DNA of 64,000 nt, from positions 4,634,773-4,698,772 of the forward strand of contig MU059418.1 of assembly GCA_013265495.1 (NCBI GenBank), given 5' to 3'. Source of the stretch: Vicugna vicugna (lineage: Eukaryota). Position 1 is the stretch's first letter. The number at the start of each line of letters is the position of its first letter. The position numbers and the translations under genes were made by a program. Shown here piece after piece: positions 8,841-20,511 of the stretch. Below the pieces are notes generated by a model. It searched no databases. It was not told the origin of the DNA and saw nothing but the letters and a program-made list of their open reading frames with translations.

Positions 8841-9720
8841 CCTTCATTTTCCTAAGTGTTGTCAGCGTCAGAGAATCAATTACTCACAAGTCCACCAAAG
8901 GACCATTTTTAGCATCACACTGACAAACCCTAATGGAGGAAGAGGTTTCACCCCTTGCAAATTAAGACTCGTGTTGAACTTCCCCTTTATCTTTGAGAGA
9001 ATGGACAGAGCTAAAAGTTATAATATTATTCCAAGAGGAACAGGGAGTGTAATACTGCTACTCTGATAATTGGAGCACCCGTAACTGTGAAACCCCAAGG
9101 GTTCATTTACTGTCTGAGATAACGGCGCCATTTAAAAAGTTCATATAATTTTGTTTTGTCCGTGTATAACTTTATTTCACTTTAGGGCAGTCAACATTAC
9201 AGACTAGTTTTCTCCCCTTAGTGAGGAAAGTTGTTCGCTATTTCCCCTGTCATCCAATTACCAAGATTTTCCTCTACTTGACTTCTGCTGCGGTCACAGG
9301 CTGGGGGCAGGCAGCTAGCCCAGGGAGCATCGTCCTCACGCGTCAGGAAAGCCAAACACGGATAGCTGCCTGGGAGGTGTGTGAAGTGAGAGGGAAGAGG
9401 CGGAAAACCTTGTGAGACTTGTGCTTCTGGATTTCTCTAGCCTACAGCTAAAGAATCCTCAAGAATGGCAAGAAAGCGCGTGAGGCAGAAGCGCTGGTTT
9501 CCCATACGGCTGCTGCGGAGGAGTGGAAATAGCTCTAAGCTCCGGGTCCAGAGACCTGCTACCCCTCCTGTGTCCGTCAGTCATGACCTCTGTGACCCTC
9601 AGCGAGTTACTTCTGCCCTCCAGGCCTCAGTTTCTATACCATCAGTTCCTCCTCCCAACCCAGCTCCAGCAAAAATTGGCAGAGAACAGCTGCTTTCAAA
9701 CTTTTAAAAGAATAATACAG

Positions 9721-9817
9721 TGGATAAGATACAGTTCAAGCAGTAGAGTGCATGCTTAGCATGCACAAGGTCCTGGGAAATAAATAAACTTAATTACCAC
9801 CCCCCACCAAAAAAAAT
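9721..9817 (+). mobile_element. Camelid Vic-1-type tRNA-derived SINE (internally deleted)
   Basis: tacagttcaagcagtagagtgcatgcttagcatgcacaaggtcctggg, then aaataaataaacttaattaccacccccc and an A tail. Confidence 0.8.
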
Positions 9818-11679
9818 GAATAGCATAGCTCTTTCTTTGGAAATCTTCTATGGAAGTGCAGTAGATACAACAGACTTTTTAAATGGGGCTGCTCTGGTTG
9901 AAGATCAGAGAGTGGAGACTCTCTTTGCCTGCCCCTGGGAAGACTTCATGGTTCACAGTTAGAACCAGTCGTCTCTGAAGGAACCTCCCAGCAGTGAAAC
10001 TTTGTGATCCTGCGTCTCAGCCTGCACTGAGCCACGTTCTTGACACAGAGCAAACATGGGCCATTTCCCCCAGGGAAGCAGGGATGGAGTGGCATGTCAC
10101 CCTGCATGCCCAAAGTGGTCAGGTCAGGCCAGATTCCCAGGGATTAAGACATGCAAATTAAGGCTCTACAAGAAGCTAATGTTCCTTGGCCCACCAATTT
10201 TTATTCTTTAACTTTAAAAAAAAAAAGAAAAGAACTTGGATGGTTTTATTGAAGTACAATTCACATCCTATAAAAGTCACCTGATCGAAGTCTATGGTTC
10301 AAAGAGCTTTTGTAAGTTTATGCAATCGTGCCACCATCACCTCAGGTAGACCCAGAGAGGGACACACCATTAAATGTTCCAAGAATCAAGAAAAGGGAGC
10401 AGTCATGGTAAAGCTGGGAGAGTGTCAGACAGGAGCAGAGAACTGCCTAAAATGGGTGCACGAGTTTGTGTGGCCAGTGGATTTGGATTTAAAAATCAGA
10501 TCTGCTACTTGCAAGCTGTGTGATTCTAGGCAAAATTTTTAATCTCCCCAAGCCTCAGTTACCACATCTGTACAATGGGCGTGATAATACCTACCTCCCC
10601 AGGTTGTTGTGAGGATCAGAAACGCACTTGTAAAGTGTCTGATACACTTTGGAACTGGCAGCCATTAGTGTAGTTCTTATGATCAGAGCTGAGCTCTGAA
10701 AGCAGGGCAGGGAGAGCTGGGAGCCATCCTGGGTGATGAACTTAATTTGCTGTAAATTCTCAAATCCATCACAGAAGAGAATGGAGGAAGCCTTGAAAGT
10801 GAGAGCCCAGTCCCCTCCACCAAATCCCACTGCCAGCCCCCTCATCCTTCTCCTCTGGGATGGATGGGAACGGCTCACTCACCACCCGGCTCTCCTCCCA
10901 GGATGGGTTTTAACCCAGTGCTAATTAGTGATCATGCCTGTGTGTAAGGGCTGGGGGCTCGAGCTGTGGAAAGAAAGCACCCCAGATAAAGGCCAGCTTT
11001 AAAAGACTCCAAAAGGCTGGGGCAGTGAGGCTCCACCGAGAGACAAGCCGTGCATTTGTGTTGCAAATTTCTAGCATGCTGGAGCCAGCCATTCACAGAG
11101 AGGGATGCTGAAGGCATGAGCGTTGGGGTGGGGAGGGCAGAGGAAGTCCACAAAGGGGGCCTGTCCCAAGGCTTCAGACCTTGCTTTGTAAAAGCTGCTT
11201 TCATCTCCCTCCCTGGATGATGGCTGTGTTCCCAATCCGAGGCCACCGTGTAGGGATGGGAGGCCTGGACCCCAGACTCCCAGATTCCCTTGACACTTCC
11301 TGCCCCTGACTCTGTCCTTCTAGCCCTGTTTCTATGGAGTCAGCAGCAGCAGATATCACAGAAGTGCTCATGAGTGCTGTGTCAGAGTGAGGGGCCAGGG
11401 TTGCCCTTGTGAAGTGGCTTCAGGCAAAGTCATTTGACCTGAGCCTCAGTTTCCTCTTCTGTGAAATGGGGTCCTTTCTCCTACTTCACATCCTACCCAA
11501 GCAGAAAGGCCTGTGATTGGTTGGTGGTCTATAAACATTAGATGTTCATCTCTTTCTGGAAAAGTCTGCATTTGAGAAGGTCATTAGAAGAGCTCTTTTA
11601 CATAGGTGAAGTCGATTATACTTAGCGAATCAATTAAGTGACTAGGTTGCTTGGAAATGTTACTCCCATGAGTATTTTA

Positions 11680-11834
11680 TTTTATTTTTATTTTTTTAAA
11701 TTTTATTTATTATTTATTTATTTATTTTTTATGGGGGTAAGGTAATTGGGTTTACTTATTTATATCGAGAGGAGGTACTGGGGGTTGAACCCAGGACCTC
11801 GTGCATGCTAAGCATGCACTCTACCCTCCCCCCA
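11680..11834 (-). mobile_element. Camelid Vic-1-type SINE with 16-bp TSD
   Basis: Minus strand reads gggagggtagagtgcatgcttagcatgcacgaggtcctgggttcaacccccagtacctcc followed by a (TAAA)n tail. TSD tcccatgagtatttta at 11664-11679 and 11835-11850. Confidence 0.9.
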
Positions 11835-11866
11835 TCCCATGAGTATTTTAAATTGTCACCCTGTTT

Positions 11867-11891
11867 GTATATGTGCTGCCGAAGCGACCAC
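11867..11891 (-). pseudogene. RNU6: 3'-truncated (tailless) U6 snRNA retrocopy
   Basis: Minus strand GTGGTCGCTTCGGCAGCACATATAC matches U6 nt 1-25 at 24/25 positions. Flanked by 13-bp direct repeats gtcaccctgtttg (11855-11867) and gtcaccttgtttg (11896-11908). Confidence 0.85.
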
Positions 11892-14129
11892 AACAGTCAC
11901 CTTGTTTGGAATCTTTGTACCAAGTCAGTTACTATAGCTATTAAGCGGGCTGCTCTTCTGGGTTAGTAGACTCAGTGCAAGTACCAGGCACAGGGCACAG
12001 GAAAGCTGTCCCTAGTCAGTCCTTCAGACAAGCTGTCCCTAGTGAAGGTCTATCTGACCACCCTTCAAAGCACCCTTTGGATTCCACCTCTCCAAGAAGC
12101 ATTCCCATGCCCTGCTCCTCCATCCTGATATTGCCTTGTGATTGACCGATTTCATATGTGGAAAATCATCTCCCTCCCTGAGATCTTAGGGATGTCTGGG
12201 ACCAGATCTGACTCATCTTTGAGCCCCCTAAAGCTTTTTCTTTTTTTTTCCTACAGCTTTATTGAGATATAATTGACATATACAAAGCTTTCTAATCAAA
12301 GCGCCATCCCTAGGCCAGAGCTTGTTAGAAATGCAGAATCTTGGGCTTCACCCCAGACGACTGATCTTCTTTGTTCCAGGATTCTAAAGGCATCCAGTCC
12401 CTAAGATGGTCTCTGAACGCCCTGTCGTTCTCCAACCACAGAGAAGAGCCGTGGCCGCAGGCAGCCGGGAGATGTCGCTGTTCCCCAGTCATTGGTGATA
12501 CCGGGCTTTGCTAAGAAAGCCAGAGGCCCCAGAGCCAGGGCTTTGTTCGCACTGAAATCCCAGGAGCACCAAGGGGTCCAGGTCAGTTACATCCATCAGG
12601 CCATCCCCTCCTCAGCCACCTGGGCCCCGCATCTTTCTCTGCCCGGTTCCTGCCCTGGGTTCTCAGCTGTGTTTCCAGTCAGGAGAGGCTGTGTGACCCT
12701 CAAGCCCAGCCCCTGCCCCAGGATCTCCAGGAGAAAGCCCGAAGGAGAAAACCCAGCACTTGGAGCACCCCCCAGCCCGGCTCCTCAGGCAAGAACATGA
12801 TCCAGTGAGGACGGAGGCATCTGTTGGGAGGCCCCTTCTCACTTGGGGTCTGAGTTGTATCTTAGCGACAACAGGACTTGCAGACACAGAGAGAGGAACT
12901 GCCCATTAATTGAGTGTTTACAGGAAAAACCCAAGGCCCGCCTGGGACTCTAATTTCCAGGTTCCCATCTGAAATGGGTGCCCAGCGCCAGAGGCCGCGT
13001 TATGGCTTCACTTCCCCTTTGTGGTTACAGTGCAGTTATAGGAGCTCCATTAGCTGTGAATGCAGCAAACCTGGACTCCAGAGTCAGGGCCAAAGAGCCC
13101 TTACTCCAGACCGAAAGCAGAGTTACTGGGGTTTCCAGTCTGGGGCGGAAGCTCCCAGTCTGGCCACATCCTCCTGGCCTTCCCCGACCCTGTGTCATTT
13201 GATCCCTGAACACCCAGGCTACAGAGCAGAATAAAGATCAGCTTCCATGCCCAGCCCCACCCTTGGAGCTAGAACTCTCCTCTAATCTCAGAATTCACCC
13301 CTGATAGACGGCTGGGACCGCGCTTCCTTCTCCTTCTCACTCCAGCCCCTGGGTTAGCCCCACTCATCACCACCCAATCATTTACAGGAATCTAATTATT
13401 CTGGATCATAGCAGTGTAGCAGTAACATCTCTTGATGCTTACCATGTGCTAGTCACATAACATACATGATCTCATTCAATAACCTTAAAGGTTAGGAGCA
13501 CAAAGTGATCTCATTTTATGGTGGAAGAAGCTGAGTGTTGGAGCCATTGGGTAACTGGTCCAATCTCACACAGACAGTAAATGGAAAAACCACGGCTAGA
13601 AGTGGTACTTGTCTGCCTCCAGACAAGCCTTACTTCCCTTGCTCCAGCAGTCTCCCTCCTACCCCAGCTTCAGCATCTTTGAGCTGATTTCTGCCCGCTT
13701 TTCACAACTGGGATCAGATTTCCCTCTGAGCAGTATCAGTAGGTCTCTGTGGATCCTGTGAAGCGGAGTGATAAATGCATCAAGTGAGGATTTCCCATGG
13801 TTGATGCCAGGAAGTTGTGATGAAGGATGGACCCGTACTTTGCACATGCACTCGTCATGGTGGTAGTGACATTTCTGATTAACATCAGAACTTTGGTCTG
13901 GTGATTTTACCCAGGTTCACATATGACCCAATTCACACATTCTTCGGGTTGGAGATGGTCTCAGGCTTTCCAGAATTTTAATCAACAATGAACATTCATC
14001 ATTAGTTTATTTGCATATTTCTTCATTCATTCAGGCTCTCATCCACCCTTTGGTAATTCATCCATCTGACATCAATGCAATAAAAACCTGCCAGGAGCCA
14101 AGAAATAGTAAGGTACAATTCAAATTAAT

Positions 14130-15200
14130 TAATATTTATCAAGTGCATGCTGTGTGCCGTTCACTGTGTTGGGGGCTCTAGGCATTCTGTGCACTCACTT
14201 TGGTGGAGATTTCATTCTAGCTAGGAAGGCAGGCAGGCAGGCAAACAGATAATTACATACAGTGTGATACACAGGGTCTGCAATAGAGGTGTGTGCCGGG
14301 TGCTACAGGAGTGCAGCGGGTGGGGAATTCGCTCTGCTAGGGAGCAGGAGAGGCTTGGCAGAGGAGATGACATTTAGGCTGAGCCTTGAAGAGAGGGGAA
14401 ACATCCATACAGCAGGAACAGAGGCCTGGAGGCATGGTCAGTGAGTGGCAAGTCGTTTGGTGTGGTTTGAGTGCTGGTCCTCAGCCGTCATGTGCGTCAC
14501 CCCCAGACCCCCAGGTTTAGTTTTCTGTGGTAGGGCCCAGGGTTCTGCATTTTTCACCAAGCCCCAGGTGATTCTGATGCAGATGTGAGAGGGGGCACAG
14601 TCTGAGAAACCCAGGTCTAGGGCTACCTTGGCAGGGAACGCAAGATGATGATTCTGGAAAAATATGTGAAGGCCAGGCTGCGCACGGTGTCAGACACTGT
14701 GCTAAGGAATTTGGGCCTTTTCTCTCCTTTGTGGAGAGAGCCCATGGGAGGCTTTCAAGCCCAAGAGTGACGGTTTTGGAAGGAGATTTTTTGCGAGCAG
14801 CATGGAGCAGGGGCTGGAAAGCAGAGTGGCCCCATGGAAGGAGTGGGTTAGGAAGCTTTTACAGCTGGCCAGGCCTGCGGTCCTGAGGGTCTGAGCCAAG
14901 GCCCACTAAGGAGGTGGTGGGAAGCAGCTGGGGTGGATTCGAGAGGGCTCTGGAAGATGAGACCACGGGCCCGGGGTAGATGGAATGAGTGAGGGGAGGA
15001 GGGGAGGTGCCGAGGGCCTTGCAGGGTGATCGGATGCTTTGGGGGCCAGATTGGGAGGAAGAGCAATGAGTTCCAGTTGACATGTGTTGAGTTTTTAGGA
15101 CTCACAGCACCTCCAGGAGGAAGTGGGTAACAGACACTGGGATCCAGTCTGGAGCTCCATCTGGGTCAGGGTCCATTGCATAGAAGGCGGTGGAGGTGGT
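14130..15200 (+). mobile_element. Degraded L2 LINE
   Basis: L2-typical phrases (gacatttaggctgagccttgaa, gagcccatgggaggctttcaagc, gagttccagttgacatgtgttgagttt). Confidence 0.6.
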
Positions 15201-17431
15201 GGGAAGAGCTTTTGAAGAGCCAAGGGGCTTGGGTAGGATCCGAGAAAGAGTACACATTTTCAGGGCAGGTGGAGGCAGCATTAGAAAAAGTAGGAGAAAA
15301 AAACAAATTAGAAAAATAGCCTATTTGTTGTCAATATATTATCTTCACTTTGCAGATGAAAAACTAGAACTAAGACACTTAAATGGCTTGTCCTTGGTCA
15401 CCGCACTCATCAGGGCGGAGCTGGGATTTTGAACCTAAGCCTCTTTGGCTCCAGCACCTATACTCTCTTCTCTGCTATGACCCCGGGAGGCAAATCCCAT
15501 CCACAAATATGAAATAAACAGATTCATAGATTGGGAGTGGGGAAGATGCTGCGAAAAGAACTTGCGAGAGAAAGGCAGGGGAAGGCAGTGTACTAAGAGA
15601 GCATATTTTTCTTTACCTCTCCCCATGAGAATATTTTGAAGCACATCCCAGACCTCCTATCGTGTCGTCCATAAATATTTCAGTATGTATCTCAAAAAGA
15701 TAGGGACTCTTTCTTTATCATAGTCACAATACCTTTATCACGCTTAAAGAAAAATCCAACGGTAATTCCTATTAAGCGAGCCAATTGAGGGCAATTTGAC
15801 AAGACCTTAGAATGTGCTTATCTTGAGCCGGTATTGTCACAAAGCCATGATAAGGAATTTAAATTTTCCCAAGATAATTACAGTGAAGGCTGAACAGGGG
15901 ATTGGAAATGCAGGAGATTTGAGAAGCTTTGGGGGCCCTGGCAAGGAAATGTTATAAAGAAGAAAAATAAAGAGACTCTGGAAAGCTTTGCAGAGTACAA
16001 AAGAAAAGAATCTTCTTCCTGACTTCCCTTTTCCTCACCCAAGGACCTTTGGTCATAACTGTGAAATAGGAACCAGGTCTAAAGTGAAACCAAACAGATA
16101 AACATAACACAACGAGTAGTTGCTAAATGCAACAAGACAGATTCATGGGGCTGGTTTTTCACCACGGCTCTCCAGAATGCTCACTTTACAGAAAAGGACT
16201 ATGAACGCTGCTGCTGTGTAGTATGTTAGCTTCCCAGGAGGTCCTGTATATTGTTTATTAACTGGTGCATTAGCTGGACTCTGTCCTTACTCTGGGCACC
16301 AGGAAACCTGGTTTCTACGCCCAGCTCCTCTACGAACTTGCTCTGTGACTTTTGCCAAGTTACTTCATCTCTCTGAGCTAGTCTTCAACATGTGGTTGTT
16401 AGGCTCCAAGCTCTCAAAATTCCTTTTAAATTCTGAATTCTGGGATTCAATGAATGCCTAATGAAATGGTGCTCATCTCCTTGAGTTTAGAAAGTGTTAC
16501 CAGGATTTGGTTTGATGTTACCCTGCATCTGTAAATGTGTGGTTAACCTAGCTGAAGGATGCCATGGAGATGCCATGCGTCTATAATGCGGGTTTGTGCT
16601 CCAGAATCACCCAGGGTTGCACTTGGCTGAGCCCCAGGAGGAAATCCAAAAGGCAGCTTCGTATGAGCTCATGGGAACCCAGCGGTGGATGGAGACCAGA
16701 TGGAAACTGCACAGAGCCATCTACAGATGGAGCCGGTTGCCTGAGGCCCAGGAAGCAAATTGTAGAAATAAGTTTAAATGACAGCCCCATGGTTTTTTTA
16801 TGGCAGGTAAAGGGGTTGATGGATGGCAGCCAGGGACTTGGGGCTGAGATGGAGCCAAAGGGAAGGGGCCTGTGAGAAGCTCTCAGATCACATTGCCATA
16901 TGTTGCTGGGATTCTCGACCTTAGCCTGGGGAGTGGCATTTGAGCAGAGTCTTAAGACTTGGGGTTGGAGGGGAGCCAGAGGAAGATACATGAGAACCTG
17001 AGCCAGAAAGGGTAGGGGAGAAACAAAACAGACGGCATCCTGGGCCAGAAGAGCAGCCCTTTACAGAGACCTTGCCCCTGACCAAGCTCCTCGCTGACAT
17101 TCTGGGGAGGAGAAGATGTATGGCACTCAGCTCCAGCTGCGTGGATCTCTTTTCTTCAGTTCTTCCAATGTGCTCTGCTCTTCAAGGGCTTTTGCTGGCG
17201 CTGGGTCCTCCGCCTAGAAAGCAGCTCTCTTCCTCTAGTCAACTTCCACTCAGACCTCAGCTCAAAACTGCTGCCTCCAGGAAGCCCTCCTTGACTTCCC
17301 TATATAAGACAAACCACCCCATTTTCAGATCCTTACACCATTACAAACTTGAAAAAATAGCACTCTTCACTGTTTATAATTTGTCATGTATTTATGTGAT
17401 CCTTTTTTATTTTTAGTTTTTGAAGGTTGAA

Positions 17432-17520
17432 TTTTTTTTTTTAATGAAGTACTGGGGATGAAACCCAGGACCTGGTGCATGCTAAGCATATGCTCTGCCA
17501 CTGAGCTGTTATCTTCCCCC
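17432..17520 (-). mobile_element. Camelid Vic-1-type SINE
   Basis: Reverse complement reads gggggaagataacagctcagtggcagagcatatgcttagcatgcaccaggtcctgggtttcatccccagtacttc plus poly(A). Confidence 0.85.
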
Positions 17521-18920
17521 TAATTTTTTGAATATTTATACATTTATTTATAAAGAAATTATGGCCTAAATATTTACAACACATAGGAAGTTAGAGGATA
17601 CATTTCTACAAAGCCAGCCTGAAAAGTATTCAAATATACAGAAATGACAGCTCAGTATCTCAGACTGCTCCTGGTTCAGCAGACCAGCTCCTTCACTTTC
17701 ACACATCACGCAATATTTGATACAGAAAAGTTCTTTTGGCAAAACCTGTAATGCCAAGAAAAAGGACCAGTTGCAGTTTCAGAATGTGATCCTTTTTTAA
17801 ATTTCTAATTTTGAAATAACTTCAAGCTTTCAGAAAAATTACAAGAATAATACAAAGAACCTCTTCCCATATACTCTTTGCCCAGATTCAACAATTTTTA
17901 ACATTTTATCACATTTGCGTTGTCATTTTCTGTCTCTCTTTCTATGTGTGTATATTATACAGTATAGATTATATAGGTTATATAAATGATCATACATGTA
18001 TAGATAATGTATTTTACATGATTGTTATTTTGTTTTGAACTTCTTGAGAATAATTTGCAGACATCTTGCCCCTTTACCCTTAAATACTTAAGCATCATTT
18101 CCTAAGAACAAGATCATTCACTTACATAACCACAGCGCAATTAAACTGTCTGTTTCTTTGAATAATGTCTGTCTCCTTTTACTTATACGTAGGCTCCATG
18201 AGGGCAGGGGCCATTCTTGCCCACTGCCCAGGTGTGCATCATCCAGCGTAGTATCTGGCACATTGCTGGTACCCTATTAATATTTGTCAAATGTACAAGA
18301 AATCCTGAATTTGGAGGGACTTGTCACTAATGTTGCATTCTGCCCCAGCCATGAGCTTTCTCACTCAGGATGCTGTGCGTGTTGGATAGGGTTGGGTGTT
18401 GGGATTTGTCTGCCTGTCTCCATTTCTGTGGGGAATCAGAATCCCACTGTGGTAAATTATAGTGCCTGAAGATTTGGCTTCTGTGATTTTCAAATCCTCT
18501 CCCACCAGCTCTGTCTTTTGCTCAGCCACAGTTTTGACTGGCAGCCACCTTTCCTCTGGCCCAGTGGCACCTGTTGGCCATCACACCCAGTTAATTGGCC
18601 CCATGAGAGAGTTCTGGCAAAGGCAGCTGGAGAGCTGGCCAATCTTCCCACGCAACTGCTTGTATGAGGTGCTGACCTTGGCTTCAGAAACTTCCCTCTA
18701 AGCCCTTGGCCTACCAGGTGCTTTGGGCTACCTTACAACCCGTGCTGGGCCATCTGTCAGGATGCTGTAGCTACTTAGTTAACAGAGGAGCCAATGGAGG
18801 GGATGGATGTGCTTTACCTCTAAATACTTAAGCATTATTTCCTATTTCAGGGCAAGCAGGAGCTGGAACTCATAGCTTGTGGAATCTTGAGTCAGAAAGG
18901 CCATTAGAGATCATTAGGAC

Positions 18921-19100
18921 GATGGTTCTCCAAATACAGTCCCCAGACCGCAGTTTCTGCATCTCCTGGGAACTTGTCAGAAATGTCCTACCTCAGACCT
19001 ACTGAATCAGAATCACTGGGGATGGGTGCAGCAGTTTGTATTTTAACCAGCCCTCCAGGTGATTTGGCTGCAAGCTCAGGTTTGCAACCCGCTGCTCTAG
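18921..19100. mobile_element. MER5A-like hAT-Charlie DNA transposon relic
   Basis: gatggttctc...catctcctgggaacttgtcagaaatg...ctactgaatcagaatc...ccctccaggtgatt, a typical MER5A layout. Confidence 0.7.
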
Positions 19101-20470
19101 GCTGACCCCACCAGATTTCAAGGGGGGACCTCAAGCTCCAGGAAGGTCACCTTAATGCCACCTCTCATGTGGGCACCTTGTCTGCTCATTGCTGCATATC
19201 TGCAGCTTGCTGGTGGGTTTTTTTTTTTAAATGTTTTCAGAATTATAAATAAGCTTATCACAGGCTATTACATTACCATGGCAACCTGGCAGCTGGCTAG
19301 AAAGAACCAGGAAGCACAGCTGCCTTGGGGTCTCAGTGGCACTGAAGTAATTGTGGATTTCTTCTGCCAGTCTATGCCTGGCCTCTCTGTTTCTCTCCTC
19401 TTTTCCTCCTCCTTTCTTCTCTGGCCTTTATTTCTCCCTCATCTCATTAGGAGCAACATGTGTTCTAATTGTTTTAGATTTTCCAAGGGCTGCCAAATCT
19501 AACCTCTCCTTTGAAACTAACAATAACACCACGAGGTGGGCTGATGTGAGCAGGGCTATTTGATTACATTTTTACCCCCATCAAAATATTGTATTAAAAT
19601 TGTCTTGAATTGATTAATTTATCTTTTGATAAGGTACATGCATGGAGTGCAGAATTCAAAAGGTACAAAATGGCACACATTAAGAGTAAGTCACCCCATG
19701 ACCCCCAGGGTCCAGGTTTCAGTGATCCTTCTCCAGCATTTAGAGTTGCCTTATGCTTTTTAATAGCTGCATATTCCACAGTGTAGATGTACCATTACTT
19801 ATTTAGACAGCCTCTTGTTGATGGATATTTGGGTTGCTTCCATTCTTTTGCTATTTTTATCCCCATTTTACAGCTGGGAAAACTGTGATTCAGAGAGGGA
19901 AGTGATACATGGAAACTCCTAAAGCAATTGTGGGCATCTGTAGGAATTACTTAGCTACAGAATCTAGTGTCTTATCTAGTTCAGTTAAAGTATGCTAACA
20001 TTGCCTGATGCCTGGTATGTAATTAATGTTTATGGAAGTGTTTCAAATCTGTCTTCCTTGTGATATGATAGTCTTTGTTAGGGTAGGAACCATGTTTTCC
20101 TCCCTACTGCATCCCTAGCGAGTGCTATACTCTTAGCAAGCACTCAGTATACAGTAGGTGCTCAAGAAATACTTGTTGAATGAGTGAGTGGGCCAGGATT
20201 GTGTGTGGCTAAGAAAATGGAGTTGGAGGCCTGGGTTTGAATCCTGACTGTAACACTTATTAGTTGTGTAATCCAAGATCCATCACTCACCTTCTGTGTC
20301 TCAGTTTCCTCAGCTGTGAAATAGGAACACACCCTTGGGGTTGTTGGGAGGATCAAGTGAATGAATGCAGGTCAAATATCCATCACAGCCTTGTAAACAG
20401 TGAGCGCTCAGCTATTTCTCTCAGCTTCTTCCAGGGTTATGTATGGCCGGGAAGTTCTGATGGGGGAACC

Positions 20471-20511
20471 AAAAAAACAAAAACAAAAACAAAAACAAAA
20501 ACAAAAACAAA
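20471..20511. repeat. (AAAAAC)n simple repeat
   Basis: About 6 tandem AAAAAC units read directly. Confidence 0.95.
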
